Source of the DNA: Lobosporangium transversale
Lineage: Eukaryota
NCBI RefSeq assembly: GCF_002105155.1
Contig: NW_019029001.1
Location: forward strand, 558,001 to 622,000
Direction of reading: 5' to 3'
DNA: 64,000 nucleotides
The stretch's first letter is position 1, and every line of letters begins with the position of its first letter. Both the position numbers and the translations under genes were made by a program. This document shows, one piece after another, positions 13,609 to 25,004 of the stretch. The notes under the pieces were generated by a model. That model ran no database searches and was not told where the DNA came from. It saw only the letters and a program-made list of their open reading frames with translations.

Positions 13609-14253
13609 GTTGTGGGTTGAGTCGAGACTCTAAGTAGGTAAGAACGATAAGAATATGAATGTGAATGCGAGAATTGGGTGAATGAGTGTGAATGAGTAAT
13701 GAAAGAAGGAAGAAAAAAAAAAAAAAAAAGAAAGAGGAAAAGGCGTTGGGGAGTAGAAGGTTTTTTTTAATGCAAAGTGCACACACCTCGCATATTATTT
13801 TATTTTATTACACGCAAGGGTAATGTATAAATGTTTGGGACATGCCAGACAAGAGTTGTGCCTCGTGCACGGGTCGTGCCTTGACATGTGAACTCAATCA
13901 AATTATTCAATCATCCCAAGCTCTTTTTTTATAATTATCCCTTCATATGCTGTCTTTTATTCTTCCTATCCCTCATGGGAACCAAGTCTTGTCTTGGCAA
14001 ACAACTTATTCCTCTGCCATATTGAGCAACCGCGATTACAATGACAGCGACAACAGCAACCACAACCACGACAAATATTACATGAACACGACAATTGTAT
14101 AATAGTATATAAATATATATGTATATATTGCATGTTTATGGTTTTCTGGCCTTATTCTCAACTAACCCTCTCTCTTACTTTCTTTTCTTTTTTTTTTTTG
14201 CTCTTTTTCTTTTTCCTTTTCTTTTTTTCTTTGACAATGATATACTTCACATT

Positions 14254-16074
14254 CTAGTTATCGTCATCACCCTCGTCCTCTTCAGGTGCTGGTGCATCGC
14301 CTTCCCTACTGCCATGGCGACGTCCTTTGCGATCGCGTTGGTAAAATTCAGCAAGCAATTTCTGAGGAATACGATTCAACAACTCCTTGGGGAAGATACG
14401 CAACAACGACCATGCCTGGTCAAGTGACTCGAATATAGTACGCGATTCATAGTTTCCTATTCATCAAGCAATATAGTTAGTATACATACAATCTATCTTT
14501 AGACCTCTCTTTTTTTTCTTTTTTCTTTTTTCTTTTTCAAAAGCAAAAACATACAAGTGTCCCATTAAAGGAAACTACCCGCTGGAAAAAAAAAAAAAAA
14601 AAAAAAAATTTACCTTGAGCAATATAGGTCTTTTCAAACTTCTCCAAAAACTCAAGACTGAGCTTATCTTCCTGGTTCAGGGCTTCCTCTCCAACTACAG
14701 CCTTCATCGCAGCTGCATCACGACCAATAGCATACTTGGCATATAGCTGATTAGAGACATCACCATGATCCTTACGAGTCAACTTCTCGCCGATAGCAGA
14801 CTTCATAAGACGTGACAATGATGGCAGTACGTTAATAGGTGGATAGAGCTGGCGATTGTGCATCTGTCTATCGATAAAGATCTGACCCTCAGTAATGAAC
14901 CCAGTCAAATCAGGAATAGGATGAGTGATATCTATTTATCATCACAAATATTATAAAGTCAGATACCAAAGATGAAGAAAAAAAAAAAAAGGAGTCGAAT
15001 ATTGCATACCATCGTTAGGCATGGTCAAAATAGGAATCTGTGTAATAGACCCGTTTCTGCCATCAACACGACCAGCACGTTCATAGATGGTCGATAAATC
15101 TGTGTACATATAACCAGGATAACCACGACGACCAGGCACTTCCTCACGTGCAGCAGATACCTCACGCAATGCATCAGCATAGGAACTCATGTCAGTCAAA
15201 ATGACCAAAACATGCTTTTCCAATTGGTAAGCATAGTATTCTGCAGTGGTCAAAGCCAGACGAGGAGTGATAATACGCTCGATTGTAGGATCGTTGGCCA
15301 AGTTCAAGAACAGAGTGACACGCTCGATCGAACCATCCTCCTCGAAATCCTGTTTGAAGAAACGAGCAGTTTCCATATTGACTCCCATAGCCGCGAACAC
15401 GATAGCAAAGTTGTCCTCATGATCATCGAACACACCCTTGGTTTTCTTTACTAAACCAGCCTGTCGACAAATTTGAGCAGCAATCTAAATGGGTGTAATA
15501 GATAATGAATAGGTTAGTCTGTTCCTCATATGCATCAGTTGAAAAGATCATCTCTACATATTGCGTCAAACTCGCAGTTACGATACCTCATTGTGAGGAA
15601 GACCAGCGGCAGAAAAAATGGGGATCTTTTGACCACGTGCAATTGAGTTCATGGTGTCAATGGCAGAAATACCAGTTTGAATCATCTCCTCGGGGTAAAT
15701 ACGGGAATAAGGGTTAATAGGCGAACCTATTTATCCAATTAGCAATGAAAAAAGAAAAATGGTTGATAACATAGCTTAAATTCAAAGGGCCTTCATTTGA
15801 AAAGCTCATCTTTAGTACCATTAATATCGAGGTAGTCCTCAGCAAAAACCTTAGGGCCTTTATCGATACTCTTTCCTGATCCGTTATAGACACGACCCAA
15901 CATGTCCTCAGAGACGGGCATTTTCAAGACATCTCCCGAAAACTCGACATGGGTTTGCTTGGCATCAATTCCCGTTGTACCTTCATAGACCTATATCCAT
16001 TTTGAAAACGACCATGGCAATATTTTTTTTTTTGTTGTTGTTGTTAATAATGTTGTATTGTGAAGATGTTGTTG

Positions 16075-16105
<31 letters not shown>

Positions 16106-16604
16106 GGGTGGAAGAAAATGTCAGCCGCTCTTATCATTAGCGAAATAGCCTTATGCGACCTAATCCCCCCTAACTGGTGACTAGGGAGGAGTGATCACGT
16201 CGACAGACAGGCTACTGATAACAAAGATCGAATAGCAATAATAAAAATATGTCTGCTATTCTGTACCTGAACGACTGCACGCTTGCCCTGGACTTCCAAA
16301 ACTTCGCCAGCGCGCTTGGTGCCGTCTGGAAGTGTAAGCTCAACAATCTCAGAATATTTTGGGAACTACAAGAGTCCAAAAGGGAGAACCACGTTAGTAG
16401 AGGAAATAGAAAAAAAGTTTTGGGAAATAGAGTGATTGCTCCTCTTACCTTGACATTGTCAAGCATAACCAAGGGACCATTGACACCAGCAATAGTACGG
16501 TAATCTGAGTAGAATGTGGAATTATGTTTGTTAGATAAAACAGAATGCTCGAGTATTGGAACACATTAAGTCGCTTTAGCATGGCATTGCTCTTGGGTCC
16601 ATGT

Positions 16605-16642
<38 letters not shown>

Positions 16643-16759
16643 AGAGAGAGAGAGAGAAGCGTGGGTTTATTTACCAAGACGCGGCTCAATGGCATAGTTG
16701 CGGGTAACAGCAGCTGCATGGAGCACGCTAGCTTCCCTTGGAGTAAGGCGAGGATCCAT
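14254..16759 (-). CDS. VMA2: V-type H+-ATPase V1 subunit B, multi-exon
   Basis: [105 protein letters not shown] 16759, TAG 14254. Confidence 0.97.
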
Positions 16760-17274
16760 TTAGTTTTTTATTTACTTTTACAGGAATTTGAGAGATGGGC
16801 GTTAAATGAAGAGGAACTGAATGAAAATAATGTGAAAGGGGTCAATTGCGCGTTCGAGCTTGGTGTCGTGGTGGAGGAAAGAGGAGACAGCCAACATCTC
16901 CATAGTTTAAAATCTGTCAAACTTAAGGGTCAGTTGATCAGTAGCCAATTCCTCACGTCATTGAAAAAGGTGATGCCGCTTTATTGATTGATATTCATTC
17001 AGCAATAACAACAAAAACAGCGCTGGACCATCAAGTTTTACAAATGAATATAACCTTGACCCAAAAACAAAGAAGCCTGCTGATTTATTATTACTTTTTA
17101 CAGCTTGTTGAACACCCCTCACTGCCATTGTATGAATTACATTTTTCAGATCTGCCACTGGGACTTGTATACCCTTCATTGTACATACACAGCCTCCTTT
17201 ACCCCTGATTTGGACGGACTTAGCTCTACGTACACATATCAAAAACCTTGCAGAGCACCAGCATTGAGTATTGG

Positions 17275-18606
17275 TAGACATTAACGGATGATCGATGACT
17301 CAGGGCCCCGGGGATCTTGATCACCAGCCTCCTTAAAACCGTGGGACACAGAAGACCTGGCAGAGACAAGGCGGAGATCAGCCCAACGGGGCGCCAGTCC
17401 ATGAGTATCATGTCTCCAGGAGGCGCGAAGGTTCATCTTAGGAGGACTAACCATCGAGGCCTTGATGCCACGACATACTTGCAAGAATATGTTCTTCGCG
17501 ATGGGTACAAACGGATGGACTCCGACTACAACACTCAGGTTACAAGATGAAAGAGCTTTTGGCAGTACGCTTTAGGAGACTTTGGAAAGAAGCGATACCA
17601 TTACCTCTGACTCAACTGTAGATGGCACAAGCTATTTTCTCACAGAAATACAAAATGTAGTGAAAACGAAGGAAGATGCCTCACAGCTCTGGGGATGTGA
17701 GGCCAAATATATCAAGGTACTTAGCTTGGATCTAGGCAAACGTATATAGTTGGCGCATATGCCATTCTCCCGGAGACGAGCTCTGGCCCTGCTGATGCTG
17801 TCTGACAAGTCAGTTCACTCGCCACTGCATTCTACCTCCTTACTGCTGCTCTTCCTACTGCTGCAGCTCAGTCCTCAGCAACCACCACCGCTACATCGTT
17901 AGTATCGTCTTCATCGTCGATCCAAGTGCCTGCACCCAAGGCTTATTGTGATCTGGTAGTTAAGGCAAAGGCGGTTTATTAATCCACGCTAAAATCCTGC
18001 TGATGGCTGCAGCAACAAAACCGCGCAGTGCCAGAAGGAGCCAACCGACCTGTTGAGGATATCGAGATTAACATGTCTGCTCTTCGTGGCAATATACGGT
18101 CTTTGTGAGCTACACTGGGTATCTGAAGGACCGTGAGGAGCAACTCCAGCAGTTTTAAGGAAGAACCTTCAAGGAGTACTAATGGGACTGCCAAAGAGTT
18201 AGAATTGAAGGGTTCGCGGCGACCCCCGACCAGCTTCTTCAGATGATTGGAGGCAGTATTGGACAGAAGTGACAGCTAGACAACCATATAGTCATTACCA
18301 TAAAGCTAGGCCACTTCGCCTCTCAAAACCAACTTTCCGGCCCCAGGGGACATTTTTGGTGTACTTTATTACAGAGTAGGTATTCTTGCTCAAGCGATCC
18401 CGAGGTTTGTTTTATATGCAACAGGTTGCTGATATTTATTAAAGCTTCCTGGACTCAGGTTTGTGCACTAGGATATCTGTCTTGGGAGTGAATGAGTATC
18501 ACATTTCTAAAAAGTTTCGTGGGTGTAAGAACTTTGTAGGGAAGATTATGACTGTCCAACGTGTCACACGCGTCTTCATCGAGATGTTCTTGCGGCTGAG
18601 AACTGA
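17275..18606 (+). pseudogene. Decayed Fanzor/TnpB-like RuvC nuclease gene (C-terminal half) with probable intron
   Basis: Across frameshifts/stops: YVLR/WVQTDGLRLQ...KIKVLSLDLGK-like RuvC-I (IKVLSLDLGK, Asp codon 17729), LVVKAKAVY*STLK, LLQMIGGSIG, ALGY/LGVNEYHISKKFRGC (Glu 18494), CPTCHTRLHRDVLAAEN (Asp 18583). Confidence 0.8.
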
Positions 18607-18966
18607 TCCCGTGAAAGAGATCTAGTGAAATTGACAATTGTGTCTATAAGAAAAAAGATAGCTGGGCTTCACACTCTGGTTGCGGACTGTAAGAAAGTAC
18701 TTTTCAATATATAAGCATGCTATAAATGGTGAAAATGAAATGAAAGGACTCGACACCGAGCTTCGTCTTGCTGAGTTGCTTTATGGGAGAAGCAGTGACT
18801 TTCACCAGTGATATTATATCATGGTGTAAGATTTTTTTGGATGTGGTGCATCACTACTTAGAAAATCCTCACCGTCGGTGGTTTCCGGTATGGTATACCG
18901 TATATGAAGAATGTACCGGGATATCTTTGTATTAGGATACATCATACCGCTACTTGTAGACCAGTG

Positions 18967-19019
18967 GTGCATCGTACTAGTCAAGTGCATCATACTAGTC
19001 AAGTCCATGCACTGGTCAA
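18967..19019. repeat. Short tandem repeat, ~3 copies of 18-bp unit GTGCATCRTACTAGTCAA
   Basis: Two near-identical copies 18967-19002 and a degenerate third. Confidence 0.75.
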
Positions 19020-19167
19020 AATCTGCTGCATTGTAAAATTTAGCACAAGGACTTTGTGGAACTCTGTACATGTGTTTTATTTAATCGAATCCAATCTCTT
19101 TTCATCAAGCATCGGCCAACATTCACTTAATCCATCATAACATTGACTACATGCTCAAATAGAAAGC

Positions 19168-19422
19168 ATGACAACACTGAATCATTGTAGAAAAGTTTGG
19201 TAAGACAAAAAAAAAAAAAAAAAGAACGTCGCCAGCAAACAATACAAAACCGAGAGAAACCTGTGTGAGCTCAAAACACACTCTTTACGGAATGTTAGGA
19301 CTAACTTTTTGAACGCAGGAGGGTTTGATATGCAGACCCTCTCGGGGGTAGAGTAGAACCATTTATTTCTTTTTTTATGCGACTATTCTTCAGTCGTTCG
19401 TTTTTACTGATCCAATAACATC

Positions 19423-19454
<32 letters not shown>

Positions 19455-20159
19455 GTCATTGTTGTTAATGTTGTATTTTAGCTTAAGCTTGTCTCTGCAT
19501 CCAAGGGTTCAATATCATGCGAGCTGCAAGTCGAGAAGGAGCATCTAGTACATACGGATAAAAGAATTCATGTTTTAACTGCTAATTGCGTTGACAATAT
19601 ATCCGATCAATTAGTCCTAACTCGTCTTTATAATTACAATGGTATGAATCCAGAATCGACTAGGAGGATGCCATGGCGGTTTGCTCAGCACTATTGTTGA
19701 CGTTGGTGGGTCATTGGCAATTGCAGCAGAGAATATGCACGCAACTGGTGTTTCTACAGGTGAGAGCAAGAGGTTTGGAATGTATAGATGTATAAATGTA
19801 TAGAATTGTAATTATTCCTACTGCTGATCTTGAAGAGGAAGCACTAACTTTTGTGTCTTTAACAGATTTGAATATTTCGTTTGTGTCCGGAGCCAAGCTT
19901 GGTGATAAGCTGTTAATTGTAAGCCAATTTATGCCGCCTTGTCTAAAGTAAAACAGATCATCGAAGTACATTGTTACTTACTCTGGCATGGTATATGTAA
20001 TAGAACTCTCGCTGCGATAAGATCGGAGGCTCGCTTGCATATACTTCTGTTGACATTAAAGTGGGTGACAAGGTCGTTGCATTGGGTCGCCACACCAAGT
20101 TTGTCCGTCTTGCGCATCAACAAAATGCACAATTGAAGGAATCATCGACCTCGGAATAA
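19168..20159 (+). CDS. Acyl-CoA thioesterase, PaaI/ACOT13 (THEM2) hot-dog fold; six short exons
   Basis: Manual splice: MTTLNHCRKVWTNFLNAGGFDMQTLSGLKLVSASKGSISCELQVEKEHLNRLGGCHGGLLSTIVDVGGSLAIAAENMHATGVSTDLNISFVSGAKLGDKLLINSRCDKIGGSLAYTSVDIKVGDKVVALGRHTKFVRLAH...*; N..HGG..D motif, GVS.DLNISF, GRHTK; all introns GT-AG in frame. Confidence 0.92.
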
Positions 20160-20852
20160 TTTGCACTCGAATACTGGCTGCTTTCTGACTACTGTGAAAA
20201 TGAAATACCAAGGAGAAGAGCTACCATCATGTCTTTTGAAGTTTAAATAAAACAACTCTCCATTAGCTCAGACCTTCTACGAGATCGGGGCGCTAGCATT
20301 ACCTTTCGTACACAACAATATCGAGGAGTGAAGCAGACCATAATAGCATTCTTGATGAGAACATATGCAGTGACAGCAACAAAATGAATATACATGTATG
20401 TACATTAAGACTGGATATAAACTGTTTTTGGCAGTTGCAAGCTTGCAAGATAAAAAGCTTGTCTATTCAATCATCGTCTTTTTGATTAAAAAATAAATTT
20501 TGGACGATAATATAGGCAAAAAAACGCCTCAGACAGGATGCACCAAACGGGATACAGTTAACTTGACTAGATGCGAGTGCGGGAACTAGTGGGAGGCAAT
20601 TGTTTATCAACATGCATACAGCTCAATGTGCGTATGTACCCGAGACAGCATTCGGTTGTGTGTACTGGAATATTTCGACCCATTGGTATTTGAGGCAGCA
20701 TTCTCCTTTTTTCTTTCTTTTTTCTTTTTCTTTTTCCTGTATCGGTTTCCCTCAGTCCCTAACACGACTTTACACAACCGGCTTCTTTTCATTCCTTTCA
20801 AAAACTCCCATTCGCTCATTTCACTAAACTTAACCCATTCTAACCATTCCTC

Positions 20853-22719
20853 ATGCGCGAAGTCATCTCTCTCCACGTCGGTCAGGCCGGTATCCAGATC
20901 GGTAACGCCTGCTGGGAACTCTACTGTCTTGAGCACGGCATCGAGCCCGATGGCAACGTGTATGTGTCCTTTTTTAAGTTTTCTCGGTGCTCAAACTTCA
21001 TAAATCCAAATAACAGATTTATTTCCATGAATCCTGTCACCCTGTTGTATGTGGAGAAGATGGAAAAAACTGCTGTTAACTCGGTATTTCTTTTATATGT
21101 AGCGCATCTGACAAGAAGGCTTCTCAGTTTGACGCGTCGTCCAGCACTTTTTTTTCAGAGACCGGTGCTGGCAAGCATGTCCCCCGAGCTAGTAAGTTTT
21201 TTTTTTTTTTTTTTTTTTTTCTGATAATGACGTGCGTGTCCCTGAACAACCGCTGGAGTGGATAAGAGGCAAATTAGATTAAAAAAATGGGACCCACTGT
21301 CTGTACTACGCAAATTGGTGCAGTTATTTCAAGACATTTCAACTCGCTTAATGTAGCTAATCAATCGTATCGATATTATGATGATGAAGGCAAAAGGATA
21401 CAGAGCTGACCATAGTAATATCCTTCCTTTTTAGTCTTTGTTGATCTTGAAGAAACTGTCGTTGATGAGGTCCGCACTGGCACCTACCGCAAGTAAGTGG
21501 TTGCAAATAGGTTCTAGGACTTGTCAGTGAAGGCACCACCTTTTATGACCATTTACTTTTTCAACACGCTTACTCTTATCACTTATTTATTCTATTGTCA
21601 ATTAACCAAAATAGGCTCTTCCACCCTGAGCAGATGATCAGTGGCAAGGAAGATGCTGCCAATAATTACGCTCGTGGTCACTACACCATCGGCAAGGAGC
21701 TTGTTGATTCTGTCCTTGACCGTGTCCGCAAACTTGCTGATGCCTGCACTGGTCTTCAGGGCTTTTTGGTCTTTCATTCATTTGGTGGTGGCACGGGGTC
21801 AGGCTTTGGCGCCTTATTGCTCGAGCGTCTATCCGTAGATTATGGTAAAAAGTCTAAGCTCGAGTTTGCAGTTTACCCTGCTCCTGAAATGGCCACTTCC
21901 GTGGTTGAACCTTACAATTCAATCTTAACTACCCACACCACGCTTGAACATACCGACTGTGCCTTCATGGTTGACAACGAGGCCATCTATGATATTTGCA
22001 AGCGCAACTTGGATGTCTCGCGTCCAACCTATACCCATTTGAACCGCATGATTGCACAGGTTGTCTCATCCATCACCGCTTCGTTGCGCTTTGTTGGCTC
22101 TCTTAACGTTGACTTGACCGAGTTCCAGACCAATTTGGTACCTTACCCTCGTATTCACTTCCCCTTGGTCACCTATGCTCCTATCCTCTCGGCGAAGAAG
22201 GCGTACCACGAGCAGCTCTCTGTCAATGAGATTACTACTGCTTGCTTTGACATCCAGAACCAGATGGTCAAGTGTGATCCACGCCAGGGCAAATACATGG
22301 CTTGCTGCCTTCTCTACCGTGGAGATGTTATCCCTAAGGATGTTAGCGCCGCTATTGCGATTGTCAAGACTAAGAAGACAATCCAATTTGTCGATTGGTG
22401 TCCTACTGGGTTCAAGGTAGGAATTAATGACCAACCTCCTACTGTTTTCCCCGGTGGAGAAGTCGCCAAGGTCCAGCGTGCTGTCTGCATGCTCTCTAAT
22501 ACTACTGCTATTGGCGAGGCATGGTCTCGCCTTGATCACAAGTTTGATTTGATGTATGCCAAGCGTGCTTTTGTGCATTGGTATGTCGGCGAAGGTATGG
22601 AGGAAGGAGAGTTCTCGGAAGCCCGTGAAGACCTTGCTGCTTTAGAGAAGGATTATGAAGAAGTTGCCTACGAGTCCGCTGATAATAACGTAGGCGAGGA
22701 GCTTAATGATGAGTATTAA
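20853..22719 (+). CDS. Alpha-tubulin, more canonical paralog (4 exons: 20853-20959, 21103-21191, 21435-21492, 21615-22719)
   Basis: [41 protein letters not shown]...[37 protein letters not shown]; ends DEY. Confidence 0.97.
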
Positions 22720-23699
22720 GAGTCATTTCTCACCCAATTGCAGAGTCAAGCAAGTCTTTTTTTTACAGTCAACGATACTTAGGCAGCAAATCAAAACATA
22801 TACAAATACATTGCAAATAGTTTACCTCATTTTATCGAAAAGCCTTTTTGTATTCTTATGATGTACAATACGTCTGTGAAGCGTTGTGATAGTATTTCAT
22901 GTATTTTCCTAACCGAGTTACAAGCTGTTTGCAAGAAACTCTAGCGCTCAAGCTTAAGAGGCCCTTCAATTGTGATGTTCTATATATTTGCTGTTGAAAT
23001 AGTCTATCAGATCAGCTTTGGAGCAATCATTCGTTAAATGTGGGTATTGTCCTAGATCCTTGATGTGTTCTTCAGTCCTTGAATCCTTCTCGTGGGCGGC
23101 GCTTCGGTATTGCCGCTATGGAAACTAAAGATTCAAAAATAACAATACACCATTTTATTGCCTCGCCTATACTCTCTGTGAGAAGTGAAAGCTTCTAGCG
23201 CAAGTCGTGTGGTGTTCGATTCAATGGGAAGTTTAGTAAAAGGAAGAGAGAAAGATAGAGAGCAAAAGCTCGTGTACTGAGGAACAAAGCCCGTAAAACC
23301 ACCTAAATCAACCTCGATATAGAGGGACAAATGACCAGTCTGAAGTGAAGTCGGATAATGTAGAGCAGACGAGTTAAATAAGCAATCAGTCTATTTGGTA
23401 TGTTTTTCTGCAAAGTCGACGCTGGAGTGCTTCTTGCTACTGATCTAGATGACCTTGGTGAATACTTCTAAACCACCGACTTTAAGTTGTTAGGCTAACT
23501 CTGTGTTATATCACGTGATAAGGAAGTGGCGTCACACCAACACGCATGTGTGTGTGCGTGTTCTCCCTGACGAGACGTAAAAAAATACGCGAAACAGCAT
23601 TCGCGCTGTCTTCATTCTTTCATACTAATTCTTTTTTCTCATCACATCCTATTACTTCAACACTACTTCTACACCACCACTAACTACTCAGGATAAACA

Positions 23700-24810
23700 A
23701 TGAGTCGAGGAGCAGGTTACGACCGCCACATCACCGTCTTCTCTCCTGAAGGGCGGCTTTACCAAGTTGGTATGTGCATGTCTCCCAAAATTGCTTAGGA
23801 GAGAAACAGGATTATTTCAAAGGTGCTAGATAGAAGTAGTATAACATACCATTCACCTTGCTAAGCCTAAATGTGTGCCGTGTATGCACGTGTTTTTCTA
23901 TCTCCATTCCATAGAATACGCCTTCAAGGCTATCTCGAACTCAGGAATTACCTCTATCGGTGTTCGTGGCAAGGATTCCTGCGTTGTTGTCACTCAACAT
24001 AAAGTTCCTGTAAGATAAGCTAAAGGAAGAAAAGTGTTTAAATTAAGAGAAGAACAAAAGAAAACTTTTGTATTGGTTCTTTTGCTTGTATTTTGCTTAA
24101 TTGACCCTTTTATTATTTTTTGAATTTTCTGCGACTGCATTTGACCAGGATAAATTGCTTGATGCATCAACTATCAGACACATTTATCCATTGACATCCA
24201 AGATTGGGTGTGTGATGACAGGACTGGTACCTGATGCTAGATCGGCTGTTTCAAGGGCGCAGCGGGAGGCAGCAGAGTTCCGGTACAAGTTTGGATATGA
24301 AATTCCTCCAGATATGCTGGCCAAGCGTATGGCCAACGTCAATCAGGTCTATACTCAACATGCTGCTATGCGACCTCTGGGTGTATCCATGATTTTGATT
24401 GGGTTGGATGATGAGCGTGGTCCTCAGCTGTTCAAAATTGATCCTGCAGGATACTTTGTTGGATTCAAGGCAACGGCAGCTGGCGCTAAACAAACAGAGA
24501 GTTTGAACCATCTGGAGAAGAAATTGAAAAAGGAGAAGGAGCTAAATGAAGAAGAGGCCATTGAGGTATGCTAAAATATTTTTCTTTGGAATTATTTTTC
24601 TTTATGTTGGGATTAATGATATCCATTTTACTGACCTTTTGTTGTTTATGTATATAGCTTGCGATTACGACATTATCCACTGTGCTGTCGTCTGATTTCA
24701 AGGCAACTGAGATCGAGGTTGGTGTTGTCTCACTCAGGGAGCCCAAGTTCCGTACCTTGGAAGTTTCTGAAATTGAGGATCATTTGCAGAGAATCGTTGA
24801 GAAGGACTGA
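23700..24810 (+). CDS. SCL1: 20S proteasome subunit alpha 1 (PSMA6 family), 4 exons
   Basis: [80 protein letters not shown], ends IVEKD. Confidence 0.96.
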
Positions 24811-24944
24811 AGGATTAAATAAAACATGGAAAACCAAGGAAAATATATCGTTGTTCCTTTACAGCAAACTATAAAGTACTTTATTTTATGTCTGTGCTCA
24901 ACTATGGGCTTATCTGAATTGACAGACATGACATGTATATGTGA

Positions 24945-24981
<37 letters not shown>

Positions 24982-25004
24982 GGATATACAGAATAAAATC
25001 ATCG

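Noticed and set aside
16958..17281. 107-aa minus-strand ORF next to the Fanzor relic as a partner transposase
   Set aside because: No Y1, serine recombinase or DDE motifs recognised; may be an unrelated decayed fragment.
18967..19019. 18-bp repeats near the Fanzor-like relic as a CRISPR-like array
   Set aside because: Units are directly adjacent with no spacers; simple tandem duplication.
22066..22578. 170-aa minus-strand ORF
   Set aside because: Antisense to alpha-tubulin; typical codon-bias shadow.
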